Counted from the first letter of the stretch, positions 11,888 through 25,649 are shown. The stretch is 64,000 nt of DNA from Eledone cirrhosa (GCA_964016885.1 OZ024740.1:397792001-397856000); one strand, 5' to 3'. Made by a program: numbers and translations. The notes: a model not told the origin generated them from the letters alone.

Positions 11888-13830
11888 ATGTATGTATGTA
11901 TGTTCTTCTGGTTTTATAATTTCACAAATTCTTTTCCAATAGAGAGAGAGTCGGTTTCTAACATAGACACAAGACTCTCTCATTGGAATTTACACAACAT
12001 CAACTTGGTAGATATGTATGTATACATGCATGTGTAGATATGGATGTTATTGTATGTGTGGATGTGTATGTTTTGAGTTGTATGTGAGCATGTGTATATG
12101 CTTTGTATGTGAGCATGTGTATATGCTTTGTATCTGTACATGTGTATATGCAGTTATTAGATGCAACATTTTTGGAATGTTTTACATATTTTTACTGTTC
12201 CATTAATGGATTGTACTTGTAATTTCCTAATTAGTTGTGCTATTTCTGTTCCTGTGAAGCCTAGCTTCTCAAGATTTGTATTGAGGCAGTTACTAACATA
12301 CCCCAGTGTCCCAATAATCACAGGCATAAATCTGAAGGTGTAATCAGGGTGGAGTATCTGCAGATTTCTCACCAGTTCTGCATAAATATTCTCCTTTTCG
12401 CTAATCTTTGATATTATATTGGCATCTGCTGGGCAGCTAATTTCCACTACTGTGCATGCTTTCTTCTCCCTGTCCCATATCATAATATCTGGTCTGTTAT
12501 GCCTGCATTTTATTGGGGTTTTTACTGGAACATTCCACCAGTACTCTTTCATATGATGTACATGGGTGTCTTCCACATTGCTGTAGCTTTTAATGTGTTT
12601 ATTATCGGAGCTATCTTTTTTACTAACTGCATTGTACAGTGTTTTGGCCACTATATCATGCCTCATAGGTAGATAGTACCGCGATGACATCTTTGGACAT
12701 CTGCTGATGACATGGGTGATATCCTCGATGTTAGTTCTGCAGAGTCTGCACTTGTTATCACATCTAGGTGTTTTGCCTGCATCCCTATCTCTTTTGTGAA
12801 TCAGGTATTTCGTGTTAATCTCCTGTTCTTGGATTGCAAAAGCGTATCCTTCAAAGTGGGAGCCAATATAGCGGTTGTTGGTCCAAGATAGACTACTTTC
12901 CTTATCTATATTACTCTCACTCTGGAGTTTCCTGGCACCATATCCATGCATGATTTTTTGCTGATAAGCATGCAGTTGTTCATCCATGGATTCACTGCGA
13001 TACTGCTGAGCGACTTCCCTGGGTGTGAGTTTTTGATTATCACACAGGGAATATCTCTCGAGGAGTTCCTTTCCAACTCTCATGATCTTATCTGTTTCAT
13101 GCAGATAGACTTGCTTGAGAAACGGGCTCCTACGCTTCGAGGTTCGTAGATGTTGTGGGAGAGATATGATGCGACATTCAAATGCTGTCTGGACTGATGT
13201 TAGGCCTCTGCCTCTCTGCTTACATTTCAAGTAAAGGCGGTCTATGTCACTGTTGATGTGGAAGTTTCCGGTGTTTTTTAGTATTTTTCGAGTTCCAACA
13301 TCAACTGCTCGGATTTCATCTATCGTCCAATTGAGTATTCCAAACGTTGATGTTAGGACAGACACAGCAAACACTTTGTGAGCCACTGTTTTGTTTTGCG
13401 CAGAGAGTTCCGATGACCAAATCTTTCTTAATCGGGTGTAGTATTCCCTGGTTACGCGTTCCTTATTACAGATACCATTATAGGATATGTTCTCATCTAT
13501 CCCCAGGTATCTGTAGCATCAGATATCGGTGAAACAGTTAGGCCATTGATGACAATGTTGCTAGATTGGGTTGTTGTTTTCCCCGCTTTACAGTCATGTA
13601 CGAGCATTTATCTTGGCCAAACTCCATTCCTATATCCTTTGAGAACGTTGTAACCAGGTCAAGATTTTTCTTCATCCCATCCATGTTCTTGGCATAGAGT
13701 TTCAGATCGTCCACAAAGAAATTATGGGTTAGGTTCGTATTTCTGTCCTCCTGTGAGCCAATGATGTATCCCTCACATTTCTTGAGCAGAAAGGGCAAGG
13801 GGTTTAATGACAAGGTGAATAATATCACAG
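11888..13830 (-). mobile_element. 5'-truncated R4/Dong-like RLE retrotransposon within (TACA)n
   Basis: FVDDLKLY RT motif. ORF 12157-13386 has a CRLC..HVISRC zinc knuckle, RHD, and the RPDIMIWDREKKACTVVEISCP restriction-like endonuclease. (TATG)n lies at both ends. Confidence 0.88.
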
Positions 13831-14027
13831 TATGTATGTATGTATGTATGTATGTATGTATGTATGTATGTATGTATGTATGTATGTATGTATGTATGTA
13901 TGTATTTAAACATGCATTCATATCTGTATATTTGAGTGTACGTACGTATGCACATACGTATGTATGTATGTATGTATGTATGTATGTATGTATGTATGTA
14001 TGTATGTATGTATGTATGTATGTATGT

Positions 14028-14600
14028 GAGGAGGGTAATTTTGGACACCCTGCAGGACAAAAGACAAAACCTGACAAAGGGTGGAAGAACTCATAAGAGT
14101 CAACGGCCATCCAAAAATGTGTAAATATGTATATACACATGTATATGTGTGCATGTGTATGTATATGCGCGGGGACATAGAAATAGTCGGGCTGGACACC
14201 CGATCGCGCGGTTAAACCACTGGGAGTGAAGGACCTCTAGCCTTTGTCAGGGCATTCTTCTAGGAGAAGGCAACTCAGGAAACTGGGATAACTCCGACAT
14301 AAAACCTGCGGCTCAGTAGTTACGTATAATGTTGATCTTTTCTTCTTTTCGGGTTATAGCTACTGTCGCTCAGAGAGTGGGATTGGCTCAGTGCACAGTC
14401 TTTCCTCATTTTAAAAAAAATGTTCACGCACAGGCATTGCACGATAGAATTAATTAATAATTATTAATAATAGTATATCGTGCAATGGTCATACTTTATA
14501 ACGAGGGGGCAACCCTCATGTATGTATGTATGTATGTATGTATGTATGTATGTATGTATGTATGTATGTATGTATGTATGTATGTGTGTATGTATGTATG
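14028..14600 (+). mobile_element. Non-autonomous RTE-derived element (5' UTR-like part plus 3' tail and (TATG)n)
   Basis: gggcattcttctaggagaaggcaactc resembles RTE 5' regions. The tail tcgtgcaatggtcatact..aacgagggggcaaccctcatgtatg recurs inverted at 43990-44032. Confidence 0.45.
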
Positions 14601-14925
14601 TGTGCATGTATGTGCATATGTATATACGTATATATGTTTGTACGAAGGAATGCATATGTATATGCATTTATATGTATGATATAAAATAGTTAACTGCATC
14701 GTGTAGAGAACCACTTGATAGTTACCAAATTCTAGAAGTCTTTGGTGTCCAAGTTCTGTTTTCCACTAATATATTACTATCCTTTGTCGCTGTTTAGATG
14801 CCACCTCTGATCAAACTGACAAAAGTCTTCCAGCATTTACCATCCCCATTCTCTTTATTTTGTTTACAATTAAGACAACAGAATATAATTTCTTGGTTAT
14901 TTGCTTAACACGTTAGCTTGTGGTC

Positions 14926-15754
14926 TACTCTCTGGTTCCAAATAATAGGGGTGTCTGGAATAAGCCGGAGGTGGGGGGTGGACATTTGCTTAATTATAAG
15001 CGGGAAGTTGGAATAAACGGTGTGGGGTGAGACCAGTAATTGTATAGTGTACGTTTGCAAATATGGGATTTCTTGTAATGTTTTTTTAATTTTTTGTCAT
15101 ATATAATGTGTTTTTTTTTTTTTTTTTTTTTTTTGTGAAGGCGCATGGCTTAGTGGTTAGAGCAATAGGCTTGCAATCGAAAGGTTGTGAGTTCAATTCT
15201 CGAACCGGGTGATGTGTTGTTTCCTTGAGCAAGACACTTTATTTCACGTTGCTCCACTTTACTCAGCTGAAAATGAATACCAGCAATAGCTGGAGGTTTA
15301 ACCCTGCGATGGACTGGCGTCCTGTCCAGGGGGAAGTCTTGTGTTCTCAGTCGCTTCGCCGGGATAAGCACCGGCCAAATGAGCCTTCTGGCTTAAGACA
15401 GACTTTAGACTTACGGCCTGCCCAGCCAGTGGGATGGCGTCATCGTATGGCTAAGACAGCACGTGCTGTGACCAGCGGCGCCGAATGGCGCCCGACAGAC
15501 TGGTCGGTCAAGGTGATCAAGGTGATAATGTTTTTTAATGTAAAATAAAATTATTAGATTCTCCAGCTTCTGTATCAATAGGAATCACTTACAATAACAT
15601 TTCGCCGGAGATAGATTAGCAAAATTTAATAAGCGGGAGGTGGGGGTATTGGTGGAATAATAGCGAGTGGGGTTAGAAAACATCTGAAAATTAATAAGCG
15701 GGAGGGGGCGAACAAAAGCGGGTGGGGGGCGGCGATTATTCAAGACCTGAGAAT
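14926..15754. mobile_element. Non-autonomous DNA transposon-like repeat interrupted by a SINE (second copy at 31743-31998)
   Basis: Shares gttccaaataatagg, cagtaattgtatag and acaataacatttcgccggagatagattagcaaaatttaataagcggga with 31743-31998. Confidence 0.7.
15136..15525 (+). mobile_element. tRNA-derived SINE family B
   Basis: A-box tggcttagtggttag, B-box gagttcaattc, then ccttgagcaagacactttatttcac (CORE-like). Inserted in the DNA element. Confidence 0.85.
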
Positions 15755-16193
15755 AATTGAAATTTGGTTTCTTTTTTTAACGTGTCGAACGACTGGATAA
15801 AGGTTTCTTCGCTGGTACAGCGACTCTTTTGTCTCATCGTCTCACACTATATGATCATCAATATACTAAATATTCAGATAATGGTGCAGATACAAAAGTA
15901 TTAATATGCTGAAAGGTATCATGCATAGTTATGTCTATCATGCAGAAATGTCTACAACAATATTATTCGGATGGTGGACAGATGAAATCCCAATTATCTG
16001 GTCTTGAAGCTTCGGAGAGGAGCATGGCATTCGTAGCCATAATCACAAATGTTACACTTTTCTTACACACCTTATGCATATGTAACTTGTTAAAGCTTAC
16101 TGAAGACATCTTTAATCTATTGTCAGTTGCATCTTCACTCCAGTTTCATCACAGTGTTATATCATCTTTTTATGGTATGGAAACATCATTAAT

Positions 16194-16312
16194 GTGAAGG
16201 CGCGTGGCTGAGTGGTTAGAGAATTGGATTCGCAATCGTGAGGTTGTAAGTTCGATCCCGGACCGGGCAATGCGTTATGTCCTTGAGCAAGACACTTTAT
16301 TTCACGTTGCTC
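16194..16312 (+). mobile_element. SINE family B, 5' part
   Basis: gaaggcgcgtggctgagtggttagag...gttcgatccc...ccttgagcaagacactttatttcacgttgctcc. Confidence 0.85.
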
Positions 16313-16534
16313 CTTCTATCTAGAGTTGCGACCGATAGATAGTATTAGCAATTGGAAAGACCAACGGAAACACTGTTTCCTCGGTCCGGGAAACTGAGAA
16401 ATGTAATTGTAAATAGAAACACAATTAAAAGGTAAATGAAAGATACAAATATGAGCACTAAGTATCTAATTCAAGTTACAGAACAAATCAATATATAAAT
16501 ACGTTTACAGATCAACAGTTAAGATTAACTGAAA

Positions 16535-16706
16535 TAATTGTTTCTACCTTTGGCACAGGGCCAGCAATTATCCCAGTGTATTACTGGTACTTTATTTTAT
16601 CGACCCCGTAAGGATGAAAGGCAAAGTTAACCTCGGCAGGATTTGAACTCAGACTCTTTGCTGCAAAGCAAGGCGTCCAACCCTCTACCGATACTGCCAA
16701 TCCACC
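16535..16706 (-). mobile_element. SINE family A
   Basis: Consensus match. Confidence 0.9.
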
Positions 16707-16897
16707 AGATAGAAAGCATGAATGATTGAAAATCTAAGAACGAAAACAGGAGGGAGATACGGGGGGGGGGGGGTTGAAAAAATAATGTTGTCAGTATAAG
16801 ATAATTTTAATAAGAGAAGTTAATATGAAGCCGAAGGTAAGCGTAAGTAACAACAGTGGAATGGAAGGCAAGATTGAGATGACTTTTCTGTGACATT

Positions 16898-17388
16898 GCA
16901 GTATCGGTAGAGGGTCGGACGCCATGCTTTGACGCATAGACTAACGGCCCTTGCCATTCTGAGTTCAAATCCCGCCGAGGTTAACTTTGCCTTTCATCCT
17001 TATGGGGTCGATAAAATAAAGTACCAGTAATACACTGGGTAATTGCTGGCCTTGTGCCAAAAGTAGAAACAATTATTAATGCTGTTCATATGATGGTGAA
17101 TTGGCAGTATCGGTGGAGCGTCAGACACCATGCCTTGCAGCATAGAGTTACGGTCTTTACGGTCTGAGTTCAAATCCCGCCGAGGTTAGTTTTGCCTTTC
17201 ATCCTTACGCGATCGATAAAATAAAGTACCAGTAATACACTGGGTAATTGCTGGCCTTGTGCCAAAAGTAGAAACAATTATTAATGCTGTTCATATGATG
17301 GTGAATTGGCAGTATCGGTGGAGCGTCAGACACCATGCCTTGCAGCATAGAGTTACGGTCTTTACGGTCTGAGTTCAAATCCCGCCGA
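16898..17388 (+). mobile_element. Tandem 2.5 copies of SINE family A (about 206 nt unit including spacer)
   Basis: The identical linker aatgctgttcatatgatggtgaattggcagtatcgg occurs twice. Confidence 0.9.
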
Positions 17389-17700
17389 GCAAAATGCTTT
17401 AAAAAATCGGTTTTTCGCCTAATGCGGTCCCTGGGGCAAAAAATAAGAAAACCTTTTTGCTGAAAACGACATAAGTAATGCAAATTTTGAAGAAATCGCC
17501 TAGATTATTGTTCCGTTATGCCTTTAATGCATAAAATATGCGGTTTTTCGCCTAATGCGGTCCCTAGGGCATTGAAATTTGAAATATTTGTTGCTCAAAT
17601 CACTCACACGAGTGTAAAGTTTGAAAAAAATCGGTTGGGTGGTTCTCGAGTTTTAGGGAAACAGACAGACAGACAGACATTCTCCGTTTTATATATATAG
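17389..17700 (+). mobile_element. Helitron-like 3' end with (ACAG)n
   Basis: aagtttgaaaaaaatcggttgggtggttctcgagtt..acagacagacagacattctccgttttatatatatag, a layout typical of non-autonomous Helitron ends. Confidence 0.55.
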
Positions 17701-18375
17701 ATATTACAATATAAAAAAATATATAATATTTAGTATGTATTATATTATTTATTATATATAAATTAACGATTTTATTTATTATATATTTACGATTTGCGTG
17801 TAGGCAAGTCTCTCTGGAAATAGAGTTGGAGGGATACTGAAAGTATTAAGAGGCCGTGAGGGGGTAGTGGCCTCAAAAGTTTGAGAACCTCTGATATATA
17901 TGGTCAGCGCTTCACAAAGATAGAGAAATTACTACAACAGAAATACTATTAAACTTTCGGGCGAAAAAGGATTATAAGTGGACCAGATGAAAACTGCACA
18001 GAAGAGAGATACAGAGAGGAAGGTAGGCAGATAAGGTGGAGAGGAAAAGAAATGTATACAAAGAAAGAAAATATAAAGAAAGGAAGAAGAAAACGATTGG
18101 TATTAGTTGCTACTGAATATATGCCACGTGCCAAATGATGTCATATCATGTTTGAATTACTGCTTAGATGCGCCATTAGTTCAGTTACGGTAGCTGGATT
18201 AAGATAAGAGAGAAAGAAGGAAAGTACAAGATAAGGAAAATATATTCGTAAAGTGATACGCACACATAGACATACATATACATATACATATACATATACA
18301 TGATTTCATACATACATACATTATACATAATACATACAAACAAACATACATACGCAGACACACATTCACAAACTC

Positions 18376-19174
<799 letters not shown>

Positions 19175-19581
19175 AGGTAGTAGGCACGATACAAATAACA
19201 AGAGGCATACTAGATTGGGTATAGTGATAACAATAAAGAGCAGCTACTAGAAAGGGGCATGGTAAGGTGAATGTGATAACTATAGGTACAGGTAGTGGCA
19301 ATAAGGTTTTCAATAGGGCTCAAACACCTGCAGCTTAATCACAGTGTCTTTAAGTACTTTGGATCGAGCTTTTCACCTGTTCACGCAAGCATCTTTCCCT
19401 TTTAATATTTCTATTAATATAAATATAATATATATATATATATATATGAAAATGTTCAAGACCCCGACGGCAGAGCTCAAGCCGTTTCGATATATATATA
19501 TATATATTCAAATATATATACATACATACACAAATGCACATATACACACACGCGCACACACATACATATATACACACACAC

Positions 19582-19634
<53 letters not shown>

Positions 19635-19708
19635 CATATATACATATGTGTGTGTGTATGTATATGTATGTTTGTGCGTGAGTGTATGTGTGCATTTGTG
19701 TATGTATG

Positions 19709-19744
<36 letters not shown>

Positions 19745-19979
19745 AATATACATACATGATGATGATGATGGCGATGACTTCGATACGAAGATACATTACA
19801 TTAAAGGGGTTCATACTGTCCTCCCAGCGTGAAGGTTTCTGGCAGGCCAAGCAGCTTCACAGAGGCTTCCTCAGTGCATTAGCTCGTATTTTCAAGGGAA
19901 ATCAGGTGCAACAAAAATGAAACATTGATTACAGTTTAAAACAGACCCCTGCTATAATTGCAGTGTGAATCACAAAGAT

Positions 19980-20190
19980 ATGGTCCGAACGTGGAAGGTT
20001 CGAACCCCTACTGGCATCGCCTCCAACTCTCTCGCCTTCCCCATTGTATGGTGAGCAAATTGGTCCCACGTGCTGGCCTCCCCCATGCTCCGGCAGACAG
20101 AATGGAGAAAGCGTTTCTCCGGAGGATGGTAAGGGAGATGCGCTGGAAGAGCTATTCCAACTCGCGAGGCTCGCACCTGCGGCTGAACCT
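19980..20190 (-). mobile_element. CRE-like retrotransposon 3' end, copy 2
   Basis: Homologous to 4800-5016; reads LFQRISLTILRRNAFSIL. Confidence 0.6.
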
Positions 20191-20272
20191 GTCGGAGAGC
20201 GACACTGAGTGATATCTTATCAGTATATTTTATCCATCCATCGAGATATCTAAATATCAGAGACAAATACAT

Positions 20273-20380
<108 letters not shown>

Positions 20381-20446
20381 AGGTTTAGCAAATAATGAAA
20401 AAGTTTCAAAATAAATTTAAAAAAATTGACTTTACTTATTATAGTT

Positions 20447-20530
20447 ACCTTTACCGAATCGGTTTCGAATCTCAAAAATAAACGGAGACCATACGGCCTT
20501 CGTTGCAAAGAAAGATTCTCGTCAGAAGAT
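20447..20530 (-). ncRNA. Type I hammerhead ribozyme (inverted copy)
   Basis: AUCUU CUGACGA GAAUCU...AGAUUC GAAA CCG AUU CGG UA AAGGU. Confidence 0.8.
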
Positions 20531-21088
20531 TCTTTTTATTCGAAGAATATAAAATTCTTGAATTTAAATTACGAACTAGCGCTATCCAAAACTGTTCCCG
20601 AGATGAGAGTAAATGAAGTGGAATCAATTTTTTCAAGGGCCGAAGTAAAGATAGAGGCAGAGGGAGGTAGGTCAAACGGCCACCACTATCACTAGCAGCA
20701 GTCGGAACGACCAAATTTTTTTCTCAACATAGAGGAGAATAGTAATAATAGACCTGATTATATATGTTCTGGCTCGTTAATTTATTAACCTGGCATTGAA
20801 CCACATTGGCATATGGTTGGACAATACATGTGTCCCTTAGCGCTTTGTGCGTGTAGGAACACATATCCTATTATTACTATTCTTCTCTATGTTGAGAAAA
20901 AAATTTGGTCGTTCCGACTGCTGCTAGTGATAGTGGTGGCCGTTTGACCTACCTCCCTCTGCCTCTATCTTTACTTCGGCCCTTGAAAAAATTGATTCCA
21001 CTTCATTTACTCTCATCTCGGGAACAGTTTTGGATAGCGCTAGTTCGTAATTTAAATTCAAGAATTTTATATTCTTCGAATGAAAAGA

Positions 21089-21172
21089 ACCTTCTGACGA
21101 GAATCTTTCTTTGCAACGAAGGCCGTATGGTCTCCGTTTATTTTTGAGATTCGAAACCGATTCGGTAAAGGT
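21089..21172 (+). ncRNA. Type I hammerhead ribozyme
   Basis: Stem I ACCUU/AAGGU; core CUGACGA 21094-21100; stem II GAAUCU/AGAUUC; GAAA 21153-21156; stem III CCG/CGG; GUA site, predicted cut after 21167. Confidence 0.85.
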
Positions 21173-21360
21173 AACTATAGTAAGTAAAGTCAATTTTTTA
21201 AAATTTATTTTGAAACTTTTTCATTATTTGCTAAACCTGATTATATATGTTCTGGCTCGTTAATTTATTAACCTGCCATTGAACCACATTGGCATATGGT
21301 TGGACAATACATGTGTCCCTTAGCGCTTTGTGCGTGTAGGAACACATATCCTATTATTAT

Positions 21361-21430
<70 letters not shown>

Positions 21431-21519
21431 GTATCTATGTATATAAAAAAATCCAGAAGCAACAGGGGGTTGTGTGGTTACTGGATAAAGTGTATTTAGA
21501 AATAAGAGGAAAGCACAAA

Positions 21520-21570
21520 TGAGGGATATTTCTCATCATCAGTTGTCTGTTGGAGATTAAGGACATTTCT
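21520..21570 (-). ncRNA. 5'-truncated copy of the rearranged hammerhead-like motif
   Basis: Minus strand reads GAAA UGUCC uuaaucuccaac AGACAA CUGAUGA UGAG aaauaucc CUCA. Its downstream flank is shared with 2755-2790. Confidence 0.35.
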
Positions 21571-21579
21571 ATATATAAG

Positions 21580-24500
21580 CTCCAGTCTTTTCACAAAGAC
21601 ACGATCACAACAAATACAACAACAACAACAACAAAAGAGGGAACTGCAACCCTATCCAATGTTGTAACCACAAATCCAATCAAAAACTGCTCTCTGAACA
21701 AAAAAAAAAAATCTTTATTTTTTAGCCGTGAACTTGGCAAAAGAGATAGAGAAAAACATTTTAGCCATCACCCAACACCATCCTTCCTGTCACTAACACA
21801 CAATCACAAAACAAGCCCCCTGCAATAGTCAAAACCAGCCACCACACTAGCCTCCACATTCTTACTCAATACACAAGGTATCAGCCCATCCATCAATGCA
21901 CAGAAATGGAAGGTCCAATTCACTGAGGATTGGGTTGGTAACCATCCATTTCACATCCCCTTCTTCATTCTTACTGAAACCCACCTTGACAACTCCCACT
22001 TGGAGGCCGAAGTAAGAGTGAGAAATTTCTCAACCATCCGTGCGGATCGTGTTGGCAGAAGGAAGGGTGGAACTGCTATTTTCTTGCATGATTCCTTTAC
22101 GGCAGATGGCAACACAACATTCTCTAATGGATACTGTGCGCAATAAAGCCAATGACCTGACATTAGTTGGGCTCTATAGGCCACCACAAACACCCATAAT
22201 CTGCTTCAAAGAATGCCTCAACAGTATTAAATGCTTTATTAAACAGTGCCATTCTAGCAACATACTTTTGATGGGAGACTTTAATCTACCCTGTGTCGAT
22301 TGGTCTACATGTAGTTTGAAACCAGGCTCCACAGCCTCAACCACTGACAAAGAGGCTGTCGAGTCACTTCTTGACTTTATGAATGAGTTTTTCTTGTCCC
22401 AACTTGTCCTTGCACCAACGAGGCATCAGAAGAACATTCTGGATCTAGTGTTTAGTAACCACACTAACACTATACATAATATTACAGTGGAAAACACCCT
22501 TCTCTCATACCATGACATGGTTCTTTGTAACCTGAGATTCCGCCAGCTGAAAGCTAATCCTAGGGTCCTCTCTCCAGCCCACCCATTTGATAACATGGAT
22601 CTCTACAATGCCAATTGGGATGCAATTATGAACGAACTATCACATGTCGACTGGTCTTTTACACACGCACACACTTCCACCAACATCAAAATATCTTGGC
22701 AGATCTTTGTAGACACTGTCACAAATATATGTACAAAACACACCCCACCAAAACCTGTGAACAAAACCAAGTGCAGTATCCCCCAAAACAAAAAAACAAT
22801 TATCAGAAAAATAAAAAGAACAAACAAAAAAATTTCAATGGCTATCACCCTGCTTGAGTAAAAAGAATATAACCTCCAGCAATGCATGATGACCATCATC
22901 AATAACCAGGGAATAGCTGAAGAGAGGTGGGCCATTGAGAAAATCAAACTCACCCCAAAATGTTCTTTTCATTTGCTAAAAAACACAAGGTCACCGTCTT
23001 TACTGTTGGCCCCCTAGTTGATGAAAATGGCACACTCCAGGACAATGCCAAAACCATTGGCGAGATACTGCAGAAACAATACTGCTCTGTTTTCAGCAAT
23101 CCTGATATGGCCGATCTGGGCTGTATCAGTGATGTTAACCCCCAACACACTATATCAGACATAACGTTTGGCGCTCCTGTTGTCTTAGCGGCAATAAACG
23201 AAATTAAACACAATTCAGCAGTAGGCCCTGACAGGTTCCCTGCTTGTGTCCTGAAGGTGTGTCGACACCAACTTGCATCTCCTCTTGCTAATCTGTGGAG
23301 GAACTCACTGGACACTGGCTATATTCCTGAAAACTTTCTGTCCCAGTCTGTTGTCCCAGTCTTCAAAAAGGGAAATAAGTCCCTTGCAGTGAGCTACCAC
23401 CGATCTCACTCACCTCTCATATTATCAAGGTATTTGAGAGGGTGGTGAGATCACGAATAACCCACTTTCTTGAAATCAACGACCTGCTAAACTCCAACCA
23501 ACATGGGTTCTGTAATGGAAGGGACTGCCTAACGCAGCTCCTGCATCACTTTGACAATGTTTTGAGAGCCTTGAGAGAGGGCTCCAACACTGATGTCATC
23601 TACCTTGATTTCAGCAAGGCCTTCGACAGGGTTGATCATAAGATTCTACTGAAAAAACTATCCAATGTTGGTGTCTCTGGAAGGTTACTACAGTGGATCA
23701 AATGTTTCCTGACAGGCAGAACCCAGCATGTTGTAGTCGAAGAAGTAAAATCAAGCCCTGCCAAAGTCAACAGTGGCGTCCCACAAGGCACTGCTTTGGG
23801 CCCACTTCTTTTCATCATCTACATTAATGACATTACTGACATCATCAAGCACATCAATATCAGAATCTTCGCAGATGATTCCAAACTCCAAAGGGTCATC
23901 AATGAGGTGGGTGACCGGACTTGCCTTCGGTCAGACCTACTAGCTGTTATCCAATGGGCAGAAATGAACAATATGCTGTTGAATGAGGATAAATTTGAAT
24001 TAATCCACTTTGGAAAAAAGGATGCCCTGAAACTACCATACTCTCTTCCTTCGGGTGAAACTCTAGTGGCATCCAATAACATCAGAGACCTGGGAGTAAT
24101 TATGGTGGATAACAACATAAGCTGGGTCACTCATATAAACAGCAAAGTTGATATGGCCAGCAGAATGTGTTCCTGGATTCTCAGAACCTTCCAGTCGAGA
24201 GATATCCACACTATTATCCTTTTCTTCTCCACTTTTGCCCGACCCCACCTTGAATACTGTTGTCCACTGTGGTCACCCCACACGAAACAAAGTATTATGA
24301 AAGTTGAAGCACCCCAAAGGTCAATTACAAAAAAGATAGATGGCATGACAGGCCTTGACTATTGGAATCGATTAGAAAAGCTCAAACTTTATTCTCTCCA
24401 ACGTCGCCGTGAGTGGTACATTATCTACATGATGTGGAAAATATTCCATCAGCTTTGCCCAAATGATGTTGGCATCACCTTTAGTGTACACCCAAGGCTT

Positions 24501-24841
24501 GGGCCCCGTGCTATCCGCCCGCAACAAAAATCTCACTCGCAACACATAACAACAACGCGGCACAATTATTTCACCTCAATTGACCCTGCACTCTTTAACA
24601 CTACACCAAGACACATCAAAGCAGAGACAGACCCCATCAAGTTCAAGAAGTCTTTGGATAAATTCCTTCAAGAAATCCCGGATAAGCCTCCTATACCCGG
24701 ATATGCCTCTGTAAACAATAACTCTCTGATCGAGTGGGTCATGCTGCCCAAACACTGATTTGTAAGACTTTGCCAGGTGGTGCTATTAAGTTAGACATGG
24801 CCTGGGCCAATACTGGCCGAAACCTATCAAAGTTATCAAAG

Positions 24842-24844
<3 letters not shown>
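21580..24844 (+). mobile_element. CR1-group LINE ORF2 (APE endonuclease + RT), frameshifted
   Basis: YRPP, GDFN and LDLVF endonuclease motifs (22040-22861). GPD (22960-23448); YLDFSKAFD, GVPQG, YINDI, FADD and RPHLEY (23442-24758). 3' tail tatcaaagt twice. Confidence 0.92.
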
Positions 24845-24928
<84 letters not shown>

Positions 24929-25018
24929 CAGTTGATTGACTTTCGTCAAATCGGACCTAGGAAACTATGTTTCCATTGGTCTTTCCAGTTGCTAATACTA
25001 TCTATCGGTCGCAACTCC

Positions 25019-25067
<49 letters not shown>

Positions 25068-25137
25068 TGAAAAATGGCGTGCTGTGTTGATGCAAATGTG
25101 ATATACAAATTAAAATTAAGAATTAGAAATAGAAGCC

Positions 25138-25213
25138 AGGACTATCCATCATCAGTGGTCTACTAGCCATCATAGGTATTTCTTCGCATTACAGACCATA
25201 TACCTCCGGCTAG
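25138..25213 (-). ncRNA. Candidate non-circularly permuted hammerhead ribozyme
   Basis: CUAGCC gg AGGUA UA UGGUCU guaaugcgaa GAAA UACCU augau GGCUAG u AGACCA CUGAUGA u GGA uag UCC. Confidence 0.5.
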
Positions 25214-25552
25214 AGCAATACAATAACTAAAATAAGTTATTGGGATAAAAAGAATTGGGCGGAGAAAGAGAGACAGGTAAACAAACACGAATGGTGAGGC
25301 AACGTAAAGACAACAAAAATGAGAAAATTAAGTCAATGATTCATTTGAACATAAGAACTTGCGAATTTTGACGAGAAGACGAAAGACACATCTTAACCGT
25401 GCGAAAGTAAGCGAGGAAAGAATTTCGCACGGTGTGAGACGATGGACTTTTTCCTCTCTTTACGTTGCCTCACCATTCGTGTTTGTTTACCTTTCTCTCT
25501 TTCTCCATCCAATTCTTTTTATCCCAATAACTTATTTTAGTTATTTTTCGCG

Positions 25553-25622
25553 CTAGCCTGAGGTATCTGGTCTTTAATGCGAAGAAATACCTATGAGTAG
25601 ACAACTGATGATGGATAGTCCT
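25553..25622 (+). ncRNA. Candidate non-circularly permuted hammerhead ribozyme, copy 2
   Basis: AGGUA UC UGGUCU uuaaugcgaa GAAA UACCU augagu AGACAA CUGAUGA u GGA uag UCC. Confidence 0.45.
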
Positions 25623-25649
25623 GGCTTCTATTTCTAATTCTTAATTTTA

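Larger units (their letters stand above)
20381..21360. mobile_element. Hammerhead-containing non-coding retroelement (retrozyme or Penelope-LTR-like): 483 nt direct-repeat unit plus inverted 371 nt copy
   Basis: 20381-20751 is the reverse complement of 20868-21238. 20752-20877 is repeated directly from 21235. Flanked by (TA)n. Confidence 0.8.

Noticed and set aside
15137-15210. Possible tRNA gene (also 16196-16270)
   Set aside because: No acceptor stem closure, and it continues into a SINE body
20426-21193. Duplicated 80-89 aa ORFs on both strands
   Set aside because: Non-ATG starts, no motifs, and explained by the inverted repeat
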